DNA of 64,000 nt from the human T2T-CHM13v2.0 reference genome, Homo sapiens, in assembly GCF_009914755.1 (NCBI RefSeq), contig NC_060934.1. One strand, written 5' to 3'. The notes beneath the pieces are model-generated. The model saw nothing but the letters and a program-made list of their open reading frames with translations. It was not told the DNA's origin and ran no database searches. Both the position numbers and the translations under genes were made by a program. Positions 33,790-47,185 of this stretch are shown one piece after another. Position 1 is the stretch's first letter. The number at the start of each line of letters is the position of its first letter.

Positions 33790-34379
33790 CATCTGTAGAG
33801 TGCCACGAGTCACTGCCTCACTGGATTGCTCCTAAGATGTGCGTGAAACACCTCCCATGCAGACAGGTATCCAGTGAAGAGCAGCTGTCACTGTGTCACA
33901 TGTGCTCAGATGACATCTATTTCCTTTCCCCAATGCTGTCTGAGCTGTCTTAGGGACAAGATTGTTCACCAAACACTATCTCAACAAGCAAGGCCCTATT
34001 TTTACTTCCTAACACCTTGTTACATACCACCATCCTGCTTAGCTTTGTTATGGGTGAATCTGGACATACCCAAGAAAAAATTTTCCTTTTCAGACAGGGA
34101 CTTTTTCTTTCGCCTATGCTAATGTAAGCTCTTTGTCTTCTTTAATCATAGCTCCCTGGCTATTCTAGTCAGGAGGGTGACTATTCTGTGTTGTTTATAG
34201 ATTCTAGGAGAAATCATCTACCATGACTGTCAAAGCAAAGCACCTTGGTTAATCCTGAAGAGCAGATATGTTGTGTAAAAACAAAGTTGATGTGGAGTCA
34301 AAGTTTGGTTTTCCCATCTCCCAAAGGCTCCCAATGGACAGCTGTCATAGACCTACGTAGTGGACTCACGTAACCAAGA

Positions 34380-36020
34380 GTCACTAGCAGCCTTTCACCG
34401 TCCTGAGACCCAGCTTTTTCCAGACAGCCCCACCTCCTTAACCCAATGTGAGCCTGAGCCAGGTCCCAGCCCCAGGAGGGTAGATCTGTTTGGTCTAAGT
34501 CTACCATGGTGGTCCCATTCTCCTCCTCAGTTATCCCAATGCCCCTCAATGAAAACCGAAGGGAACTGCGCTGGTGTGGCTTCAGGGAAGTTACACTGCT
34601 CTTAAAAGAGACATGCTGGGGAACAGAGGCCCTCTGCTTCAACTGGTTGTTGTCATTCTGACAACTGCAGCAGTCAAGTAAAGACCTTGAAGGAAGCAAC
34701 ACTGAGCACAAAGTGAACATAATGAGGCTGGCAGAGCAGAAAGCAGGAAGAAATCCAGGTCCTGGACATCAATTAGCTGTTGTATTTATCAGCCCTGGAA
34801 CTGCCCAACCTTGAGACTTCTGTGAAGTGATGTCTCCCTCACTGTTTAAGCCAGTGATCTCCAAAGTGAACAAGGTGATCCACTGAGGTACAGGAAGAAA
34901 ACAGAAGTTATGTTTTTAAGAGTAAAGAAGCCTTACCAATACATAACAGACACACAGGCTGCATGGCAAGTGGTCAGGCAGCACATGCCAGTCAGTGAGG
35001 AATCCTCAAGGAGTGCTGAGAGCTCCATGTTGCAGAGAGAGCAACAGCGGCACCACTCTCTTCCAGAATATTGTCATCTGTGTGCCCCATAAGCCAACTG
35101 GACTTAGATTTTTATTATCTTACACAAAAGCATCTTGACAACAGTTTATAATGAGATGAGGAAATTAAACCCTCAAATTTGCCGGTTATCTCATAGCAAA
35201 ATTCTTACATATGGTATTTTTTTAATTGATAAAAAGACTTGAATGTGCCAATCTTTCCTGTGGTGACAAGTGTCTGTAATCAATATGCAATCTAGAAAGT
35301 ATTTTTTTAAATGGACAGATTTAACCTGACCCTTCAAGGTAAAGATAACATTTAATACTAACGATGACCGAGCAAGAATTCATGAAAATGTGTTGCCAAA
35401 AATTGTCACCTATAAAAACTCTTCAAAGTGTACACTTAAACTTGGGAAATGAAATTCAAAAATAAGTTACAGCAGGTTTTGAACCCATCTGTTAGCAAAA
35501 ATAAAAATGCAACACTCCTAATTATTCAGCAAAAACAAGTTACTGACATTGGAAAAGATGAAAATTTATTATAAAAATTTCAACAACACACTTTTGCAAA
35601 ATTGGTGGATGGAACTCAAAAATATTTTCAGTAAGCACAGCCATATTTGGATCCACAGATCTTAATTAATGAAGTGACTTATTCAGCTACAATAGTCATT
35701 AAAACCAAGCATGAAAATAAACTTACCTTAAGAACATTAAGTTGTTTTTATAAAGTGTTAAAACTAGGAGTTTCAAAAATGACAAGCATTTTTAATCATG
35801 ACTCTCTCTAAAAGAACATTTTTTTAGAAAGAGCAAAGGTTTATTAACCACAAATACCACAAACAATATTTTAAAACATTTTTACTTCATCTTTTTGATT
35901 TTCTACTTTTGCTTTATATGTATTGGTAACATATGTTCAAGTTTAAACATTTTAAAATATATATGTCTATGTACACACACACACACACACACACACGCTG
36001 GGGTGTGCACACTACGGCAT
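34380..36020. mobile_element. Decayed MLT1 and hAT-Charlie-like relics with a (CA)n repeat at 35973-35996
   Basis: MLT1-type motifs near 34700-34850 and 35090; AT-rich transposase-like relic 35150-35960; boundaries approximate. Confidence 0.4.
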
Positions 36021-36049
36021 TAAAGGCAGGTGAGTGAGTTTAATAGGGT

Positions 36050-38150
36050 TTTCGGTTTCATTGCTTGTATTCTTAGAAAAAACTTCTCCAATCCCAAGAA
36101 AAAATACTACTTTCTAGTTTTTACAACATTTTTTTCTTTTTTAGTTCACAATCTGGAATTTCTCTTGGTGAATGGTATGATAGGAATCAGTTTAATGTTC
36201 TCTAATTATACCAGCACCTTTCATAAAATAATTGACCATGGACAGCATGATTTCAAAAAGCCGCCTTTAGTGTACTCTAAATTCTAAATTTGAGTTTTCT
36301 ATTTTCTAAATTACCTTCCATTGACTTATCTGTTTACCCTGGCATAACTCTTTTAATTTAATTGCACTTAGAAAGTGATATTTTTTTGGTACAGCAAGTT
36401 CCTTCCATTTTCTTCACTTTCAATGGGGATTTTCCTATTTTCATCTGTTTATACTTCCATGAGTTTTTTAGATTATATAAATACTGTTGGTTATCTGAAT
36501 TGGCTTTACACTGAATATACATTAACTCAGAGAACTGGCATGTTTAGAATGGTCCAAACGTTCATATTATGAAGTGCTTCCAAGTCCCCGTTCTCCCCTC
36601 TGTTCTCATTCCCCTCCACCACCCTCTCCTGAGGAAACTATGTTCCTGAATGTTAATAACTGTCTTTCCTTTATAGCTTTACTACTTGTGTCTGAGTCCC
36701 TAAACAATATACTTAGTTTTTTCTGATTTTGAACTTTACATAAAGGTACCCATGCTGGCTCTATTCTGACTTCACTCAATGATTTCTGAGATGCATCCAT
36801 GTTGAAGCCCGCAGTGGTATGATGCCTTGACCACTCTAGAGAATTCCACAGCATACACTTCATTTATTCACTGTATGCTAGATGGGCATTTGGCTCCCTC
36901 CTTCATTCCTTTTAATTATTACACATAATGCTGTTATAAACATCCCTGTATACGTTTCTTGGTACACATGCATATGAGTTTTTCTAAGTATAAATAGTGG
37001 GCTATTAAGAGGTGCCTATGCTCAATTTCATTAGATAATACTGTTCTCCAAAGTAGAAGTGCAGATTTACACGCCAACAACAGGTGAAGGTTTGTTGTCA
37101 TAAACTCTCAGATTGTTATTTTCAGACTTCTCATAATTTCTGCCAAGTTGTCAGCAAGGAAATGGTATCTATGCTTTTAATGTGCATTACCTGACGACTA
37201 ATGAGGCTGAACATCTTTTCACATTTATGGGCCATTTCTGTTTCTTCTGTGAAATGCCTGCTAGTGTTTGGGGTCCGTCTCTCCTGAGTTGTTTTCATTG
37301 CTGATTTGCATTCAGGTGCTCTTTAGCAGTTATATTATGAATATTTGTATCTTATTCCAGATTTGGCTTCTCTTTTCACTCTACAGCATGTTTGGTAATA
37401 AGTACTTACAATCAATGGTAGCCAAATTACTTATCTACTGATAGTCTGCATTTTCTATCTTGTTGATGAAATTCTTCCCTACTCCAAAGTCATTGTTTTA
37501 ATCACTACCTTTGGCAGTAAGTGTTAGAATCTTGTAGTGCTAGTTCCCCTCACAATCCATTCAGAAAGGTCTTGGATATCCTTGGCCCTTTGCTCTTCCA
37601 TTTATATCGAAGAATCAAATTGTCAGGTTCCACAGTGAAAATCATTGGGAATTTTTTTGGAATTGCAATTTGGAGAAAAAGTTGAGATTTAGATAATATT
37701 GAGTGTTATCCCTTATATTCTCTACACTTATTTAGGTCCATTAAGTTTTTTTTTTTTATCATTTTCTCATTTTAAAATTTATTCTTAGGTACTTTTTCTT
37801 GTCCTATTATAAACAGCATTTCTTAATTACATTAAAAAGCCAATCTTGTATTCCTGAGACCAATCCATTTTGGTCATCATTTGTTACATTTTGAATACAC
37901 TGTTAGACTTGGTTTGCAAAAACTTATTTTCCTACTGAAGGGTACAATGTGTTTTATGTATGTGTGTGTTATGTATCTGTCAGATCAAATTGATTAGCTG
38001 TACTATTTAAATCTTCTATGTCCTTAATAATCTTCATAATTTAGTCTCTGCAAGATCTATTAATTACTGAGAGGGGTATGTTGAAAATGCCCATTATGTT
38101 GGTAGACTGACCTATTTCTCTTTGTAGTGTGTTCATTTTTCCTTTTTGTA
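36050..38150 (-). mobile_element. Ancient L1M fragments
   Basis: Decayed L1 3'/ORF2 motifs (GATGGGCATTTGG, ATGCTGTTATAAACATCC, AATGAGGCTGAACATCTTTTCA). Confidence 0.6.
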
Positions 38151-38162
38151 GTTTTCTTTTAA

Positions 38163-39075
<913 letters not shown>

Positions 39076-40137
39076 TTTTTCTTTACATATTTTGAGGTAT
39101 ACTATTAGACATGTAGGTACATTACTAGAAAGTTTTGAATTGTTATGCCCTTCTGGCTTAACAATTTAGGGAGGGAGAGGGCTTAATAAAGGAAAACAGA
39201 TTAAAAAAAAAACCTACTCAAGACTACAGCTAGTTAAGCTAGTTGCTCTCAGGTTCTATTAATATGTGTGATATTCATTCTACTATCATGCTTTTTGATA
39301 TTCAAGGTATTTTAGAATTTTAGATAATTGAGAAACAGGCCAATCGAAGAAATAAAATTCACACATATACACACACACACACAGAGCTGGTTCTAGTAGA
39401 AAAGGTTTGTACTTAGTAAAAAACAAACCTGCTAAAAGGGAAAGAGTTTAAATGACACCCTACTTAACTGTGGGGCAGGGGAGTGAAAATGGAAATTGTC
39501 AGAGTCACTGAATTCTGCCACATGTGATAACCAAAAAGTAGATAACATCACAACAGAGCTGAGGTCAAAAAAATGGAAGGGATGAGAACTGGCATTCTGA
39601 CAATACTGTAGGAAAGGACACCTCTACAGAGATAGCAAGAGAAACTAAAACCTTAAAGTAAGGTTACAAATAACCTAGGGGATGACACTAATTTCATAGC
39701 AAGAAAACACAAAGGGTTATAAAAAAGCATAGTACCAATAAATGCAAAGAAAAAAACAACCTAAGTCCAAAAGTTGATTAAAGGTCCACAGAAGAAACTG
39801 TACAGTGTTTAAAAAACAAAAACTACAAATATACTGATATCCGTATCCATACTATATATGAATATAGAATAGATATGACCATATGTATATTGTTACACAC
39901 TGTTTTTTAGCACTGGTTGCAGAAGTCAAGATCAACACTCACCCTGCAGGCTAAGTAACTGTGGTAACAGATGTGTGCTCAGTGTGGCTGTCATGTAGGA
40001 GGCAATATTAATATGCTATAAGCAAAATCAAATATTCTATATTATAACAAAGTTCCAGTGAACCAGGTATTAAGGCCAAGGACATCTGTACAGGATTTAT
40101 AACATAACATAACAAGGCCAACGACATCTGTACAAGA

Positions 40138-40143
40138 TTTATT
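40138..40143 (-). terminator. Candidate distal poly(A) signal AATAAA
   Basis: Minus strand GAAATAAATCTTGTACAG... followed ~25-45 nt later by GU-rich TTGTTATGTTATGTT. Confidence 0.6.
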
Positions 40144-40656
40144 TCATTTACCACAATGTTTTAGAGTGAAAGTATATGCCCTAATACAGAAGGAGTGATT
40201 CAGAACCCACCAAAAGATCAAGAGCCAAAGTCAGTGGCTTTGTATCCCAGGTCAATAGGAGTTTCATCCGCCATTTTGTTTTTCTTGGATTAAAGAGATG
40301 ATGTGCAGAACGCCCTGTGCTGAGCTCACTATGGCTTCTGACATACAAGCACCACTAGGAACAAGACTTCATTGCTTCATCCTTGCTCTGGCTGTGCTAG
40401 TGAGTGGCAAAAGCCTCTTGCTCGTGCTTGCCCTCCAAATTTTTCATAAGCATTCCTGTTACTAGCCATAGCTTCCCATGACTTCACATTTGAGTAAGTT
40501 ATCCTGAAGTGTGTGGCTGTAATATTGACAAATAGAACTAATGAGAGTGAACTGCCATCTGTTTAACAAAACGCACTCTTCTAAGAGAATACCCAGTCTT
40601 AGTGCATTTAGTACATAGTCACAACATTGAAATGACGTGAGAATCAATACAAAATA

Positions 40657-40662
40657 TTTATT
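40657..40662 (-). terminator. Candidate poly(A) signal AATAAA
   Basis: Minus strand AAAAATAAATATTTTGTATTG...TGTTGTG. Confidence 0.45.
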
Positions 40663-42341
40663 TTTTTTCAAACCACAGAATTCTTAACCCCAGAGCCACA
40701 CAATAAAGTTCTCAGAATTGTAAGCCATTAACATTTTTCTAAACAATGCAGTCCAGAGATGAAGATAATTTCCAACCAGCAGGGATGCAATATATAGTAG
40801 GTTCCCCTATGAATGAAGCTCAAATTAGCATTTCCTTTAATTCTCCCACAGCCACTCCATCAACAGAAGCAGAAACAGTACACATATTCATGCCACTCGG
40901 CTCTGAAAAGAGGTTCAAGGTGGGTCAAGGTGGGTCTTGGCCAGTGGAGGAAGGAAGGTGTCCAGGACTTTAGTTAATCAACAGTGGGGACAGAGAGGAA
41001 TGATTTCCCTTGGAAAACAACAGGGTTCCTTTCTCATATTCTTGTGGCCAGAAACTGGGGTGAACTTCAGTGGGGTAATGAAAGAAACAGGAGAGCCATT
41101 TCTCCAGGAACTCCTATGACCTCCATTTTAACTTCTGACAAAGTTAACTTCATTTATACAATCGTATTGAAAACAGTAATCACAACCAAAAAGGTCCTAT
41201 AAACCTGTAATAGATGTCAAAGGGATTCACATTCTGAACTTTAATTTTAAGGACCCTTTAAAAGGCCTAGACTTGGATTAAAGTAAACGTAATATTCCAA
41301 GCTAAAAGAGGCACCATAAAAAATCAACTCAAAACATCCAAACAATGGCTAGATGACTAATGTAGGTTGTTTTGCTTTTTAGTTGCAAAGCTTTTCAGTA
41401 TCTCAGATTAGTGTATGTTCATAAAACAATGCTCAGTTATTTTAATAGCTGCTTATGAAACAATAACAGTTTAACTCAAGGGCAATGCTTCTTGCATAAT
41501 AATCACAAAAATAATTAACTGCTATAAAACGGGAAAAAAAGTAGAAGAAAATAAAGCCAGCCTCAATAATAAAAAGGCAAAATCTGGAGGGGTTACTCGG
41601 CTTAAAAAGAGATTAACCAGGATTATTTAAATACTATAATACAAGTGCTCCTGCTCACTTCTAACTGCAGAAACCAATTTTGTTTGCTAGATCACCATTA
41701 CCTTTGCTAGTATGCGTACAGACCACCACTCGGAAGTTATCCTTTTGTGCTGAAAAACGTTCAAATCCCTTGTTTGGTCAGTACAGAATATTGCGAGGTG
41801 ATGCTCATGCAAACTCTTCCTGAGGAATTTATGTGTGCAAATCTGCAACCCGACAGCATGGCACGCAGCCAGGGAGTGGTAGCTGCACAGTGTGAGCACT
41901 GGAGATGGATGTGCAGTGTGCAGTGTTCACAGCCATGGACATCCATTCTTCTGCAATCTCATCTACCCACAAATTAGCTTTCACTCTAGACCCCAAAGGG
42001 AGGGTAATTGCTGCAAATTTGTTAAAGGGACAGAAGAAAAAGTAGCTTGTCTACAAAATAATGCACAATGCATGCATCTGGGTTTGTGTTTCTTCTCACT
42101 AACCTTGCCTAAGAACCATTAGGATAAAAGTCACAACACCAGGTTTTGCTTTCTGCCCCACAAAAAAACAGTAGTTAATTCCTGTCAGGTTAGGGTACAG
42201 GTGTGACAACAAAAGGTCACAAAATGACAATGTTACTGAAGCTTAAGGCCAACCTTTAAAACATGTACCGTCTCTCAAAACAATTATCGATTTACTTTTA
42301 CATGTCATTTTTTCAAGATGACTGACCCGGCTTTCCTTTTA

Positions 42342-42880
<539 letters not shown>

Positions 42881-43192
42881 TCAATATAAAATGAGAGGAA
42901 GGAGGAGGAAATCTTATTTCCTCTCATACTGCAAACTCACTCAGAATTTTTTAGAATCCCAATAAATAAGCAAAGTCTATTTCAACTTAAACAGGTCCTT
43001 CAAACTGTGATGTGCCTCAAGGGGCCAAGATGATTAACAGCCAGGACATGTAGACTGGGAGACTATGTACAACCTTTCTATAGTGACTTCCAGTCAAGGT
43101 TTTGTTGTATTAAGAGCTGACCCATAGCCAGCTGCAGTCACTGTGCAAAAATTTAGAGAAACTAAATTTTGCAAACTTTACTTTGCCCACTT

Positions 43193-43198
43193 TTTATT
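43193..43198 (-). terminator. Candidate proximal poly(A) signal AATAAA
   Basis: Minus strand TATGTATGTATTAATAAAAAG has two UGUA (CFIm) motifs immediately upstream and U-rich sequence downstream. Confidence 0.55.
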
Positions 43199-44410
43199 AA
43201 TACATACATAGTAAAAAGAATATATTTCTCCATGAACTTAATAATGCAAAAGCATCCAAAGATTTTAATGCCAATTCACATTATACTGTGATGCTTTTAT
43301 AGGGAAAGTTCTTTTGTAAAAGAATGCTCTCTCCCAGAAAAAGCATTTGGGTATATTATTAGGATACTGAAGAATTTCTCCACATTTAGAAACATTCCAA
43401 TTTTATTCCTTTCAGAAAAATTATTAATACCACTCACTCAGACTTCAGTTCTAGGTGTGATTGGTAAGCCTGAAGCAAGCATTCCATTGAGAAAAGTAAA
43501 ATGTGAATGTCATGATGAATGGAATTCTCCTTGATACTAGAATGTTACCAGTGTAGCAACTTAAACTGTCCAGGTCATAGTGAGAGCCTGTCTATGTTCT
43601 TACAGTAATTCAGTGTTCATCGATGCAATCCAGGATGCTCACAGAGTGAATTGAGTCCAATTAAAGTCCACAAAATCCACGAACTCTGGTTAAGTACTTT
43701 AAAAAATAAATCTGACAACCTTTATCTTTACTTCTCTGTATAACAGTTTTACAAATCAAGGACTTCAATTATTGGGTGACTTACTTGCTCCCAATATCCC
43801 ACTTCTAACTCTCCCACCCACACCACTCCCCCCAAAAAATAAACTGAATTGGCAGAGGCAGCTGTATGAAGAACCTGCAGAGCAGACATGCGACAGCATC
43901 CCTGGGATGTTTCTTTTCCCCTCAAGTTCTCTGAAGAGGTAAATACTATTAGTCTGATGTTGCCTAGTAGAGAAGCCTATGCTCAATTAAGATTCAAGCA
44001 AAATTGAGAAGAAAAGTATTTTTCTCTTGCCACATCTATTTTTCTTGGGCTTTCAACAACAGCTAGAATAAGCTTCAGAAACTTTTATGATGGACTAAAA
44101 AGCACTGTGGATGTGGAGAAACAGAAATATAGCTTTGCCACAGCTGGAAGGGAGCCTTAGGACAGCAGTGCTACTTCTTCCCTATCACACTCAAATATAA
44201 TGTTCAAATGACAGACTTTTTTTAAGTAATTATCTCATTCATTTAAAATGAAGTGATCAGGAACCCCACACCACTGTGTATTTGGACTTAATAACTGTAT
44301 CTGCTTCCTAGAGCATCGCAGGAAGTAGCTCTCAATAATACTAAGGGAAGCTTCCGTGCTAAAGTACCGCCCATCCCTAAACTAGAGTACTGCCAATACT
44401 ATAGCAGCTG

Positions 44411-44568
44411 GTGACAGACATCGTGTTAAGTGGCACAGGGAATGGAAATGCTCTAGGAGAGTTGGTCCCCAACATTAATATGAATATGCGTGACAGACAT
44501 CGTGTTAAGTGGCACAGGGAATGGAAATGCTCTAGGAGAGTTGGTCCCCAACATTAATATGAATATGC
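44411..44568. repeat. Perfect 2 x 79-bp tandem duplication
   Basis: 44411-44489 is identical to 44490-44568 (GTGACAGACATCGTG...ATATGAATATGC). Confidence 0.97.
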
Positions 44569-45344
44569 TCTGGTGAACCAGGGGACAATCCGACCCATGT
44601 GCAAAAGGTTTCTATTTTCCCACTTAATTAGCATCCTGCTACAGGGCCACACCTGCCATCTTGGTGGGTGAGTTTAGATACCATACACTTCTCCAGGAGG
44701 AGTTTGACAACATGGTCACACAGTTGCAAAGTGCACAAAGCTCAAGGCACAGAGTAGAAGAAAGTTGTGAACTGATGGGGGAAAGTTCTAGCAAAAGCAG
44801 AGTTAGCATTTTCCTTTAACAAGACTTTCTAATGCTAAACAAAGACCAACTCTTTTAAAAGGGGTTGTTTTGGTTGTGGGTGAAAAATACTGTACTGTAA
44901 TGATCTGCTTGGTTTTAAAGCAAAAGAGATCCTGACATGTGAAACCAATACACCAAAATGCCAAGTCCACAAATGAACAAAACAAGTGCTTAAAAAAAAA
45001 ATTCTTCTGCTCTTATATTTTTGGAGGAAGCTGCTGATTTTGGCTGTCAGATTTCACTTAGAAATGGTCACTTTCTGAGATGCTTTTTCCTCACAGAATC
45101 TGTAGATAAACTCATTAAAAGATTGTCCCATTTCAAAATCACCCCCAAGTCTAGCAGCAACGTTTTTTTTTTTTTAGTTTTTGTTTTAAAATTACAAACC
45201 AAGTAAGAAGTCCAACATCCTCTTCCATGAACAGCTTTGTGACAGAGCTCCTGAGTGTGTGCAGCCCCCACTGTGCTCTGAATACAGTCTCTGCAGCTCC
45301 AGTGTGTCCTCTTTTCAGGAAGGAAAGCATATTCAATACATTCA

Positions 45345-45385
45345 CTATCTGTACCCCCTGGAACTTGCACATGCTGACGAGCTAT
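45345..45385 (-). CDS. CACUL1: CACUL1 last coding exon (N)SSSACASSRGYR*
   Basis: Acceptor tgttttttcag at 45386; phase 1; stop TAG at 45347-45345. Confidence 0.93.
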
Positions 45386-45814
45386 CTGAAAAAACATCAG
45401 AATAGGAAAAAGTATGAAGAGCAGACAGCATTTGATAACAGCAGGAATCTGTTTATTCAACACACATTTCTCACTCCTCTCCCAACTCCCCAAAAAAGGC
45501 TTAAAAAAAATCCTCAAAACCATGTGGGGTGGAGGGAAGTAAAAGGGGACTGAGAACCTAAGGAACTGGGACTGGGCTACGATGTCATCCCAGTAGAAAC
45601 TAAAGAACCTGGTGGCCTCTTTCCAATGCCCTGAGAACCATCGCTACCAGCTGGAGCTGCCACAGCATGCAAAGCATCCTGACCTTGATTACAAGCAGTG
45701 CCTTATGAGAACAACATGGGTATCATCAAATTCAATGCACTGTTATCACAGTGCATTAATATGGCTGCTTTACATCACAGAACCATCAAGATGGGAAGGA
45801 ACATCATTACTTAC

Positions 45815-45858
45815 TATAAGCCAACTCATCCCCAGCTCTCTTCCGGGACTGGTCACCC
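45815..45858 (-). CDS. CACUL1: CACUL1 44-nt exon (R)GDQSRKRAGDELAY
   Basis: Acceptor tcttatccccag, donor gtaagt; phases 2 and 1 match neighbouring exons. Confidence 0.92.
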
Positions 45859-46269
45859 CTGGGGATAAGAAGAGGCAGTCAACAAAACTGACTTCACATC
45901 AAAACAGGAGGAAAGGATCAACATATTTGATAATAAAAGTATAGCAGACATTTCAGTTCTAACCAAACCTATTTAAAAATACATATTAAACATCTTAGAA
46001 TCCTGATGTACCTCACTATGCTTTCTGCAGATGGAAGAACATGAGCCTTTACCTGTATTAACCAGTTCATCCTCAAACACCTATGAAAGTTCTAATTCCA
46101 CATTAGAGTTAAGAAAATAGAGGTTCTGACTAGGCCCTAAGCTACCTACAAATCCTATTTTTGTGTCTCCAGCTTCTCAGACAATAACAGAAATGACTCA
46201 AATGCTTAGGTAATGAGAAATAATAATCACTACTAGCCTTTCTTCCTCAGCATTTATAAGTTGATTTCT

Positions 46270-47185
46270 TCCTGAAACACGATTTTTTTCTCTTTAGGTT
46301 TCAGTAATGCCACAGCACACATTCCTGACCTTACCTCACCCTGTCTGCCATCCTTTTGAGGTCTCCTTTGCTGGCTCTACCCAGCCCTCTGTCGCTGGTC
46401 ATCTTTTCTTCTCCACGTGTAGTCCAGGATGGTGATCATACACTCTCTCCACAGGCCAGAGGCTCCCATATCTACATCTCCAACTCTGCCTTCCTCTCTA
46501 CGCTTCAGATCTACAGGTCCAACTCCTCATCAACATGTCCATTTGGATGATTTATATACACTGGCAAGTTTACCATGACCAGAATACAATGCTGACTCCA
46601 ATCCATCCCCATTCCTTCTTCAATCTTCCAGCTTGATCACTCAACCCAAAATCCTTGGTCATCCTCTCTTTCCCTCATTCTGGGGCATTCTGTCCCAAAA
46701 CCAATCACTCCTCATCAACTCCACTGCTATGATCCCAAGCCAAGCCACAGTCTTCTCTTCCCTACACAAGTACATGAGCCTTATTTATCAACCCAGATGA
46801 GAGCCAGAGTGATCTCATGTAGAAGACAGATTAGTTCATGCCTCTCATGAAAGCCCTTCAGTGGTTTCCCACTACAGTTAAAAATTAATTCCAACCCATT
46901 CTCCAGCCTACTCTCCCACCTCACTTTCCTCCACTCTCTGCCTCTGTTCACTATAAGTCAGCCATCCTGGCTCACTGGCTGTCCCTTGCATGTCAGCACT
47001 TTACTACTTACTGTCCACTCATAGGACTTACTACTCAATATTATTTTTTTTTTTACATGTTTGTTGTTTGTTATTTGCCTCCCAACATCAGAACATAAGT
47101 TCCATGAAAACAGGAACTTGGCCTGTGTTGTTCACCCCACTGCCTAGAAGAGTATAGACAATAAATATTTGTTGAATTGACAAAG
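46270..47185 (+). mobile_element. L2 fragments
   Basis: L2 motifs (GGCTCCCATATCTACATCTCC, CCCTTCAGTGGTTTCCCA) and 3' end AATAAATATTTGTTGAAT. Confidence 0.6.

Noticed and set aside
44411-44568. CRISPR-like or other array
   Set aside because: Two adjacent copies with no spacers in human DNA; no CRISPR, tRNA or rRNA genes were recognised anywhere in the window.
45162-45190. A-rich tract in the mRNA as a poly(A) site
   Set aside because: Genomically encoded A-run with no upstream AATAAA; more likely an oligo-dT internal priming site.
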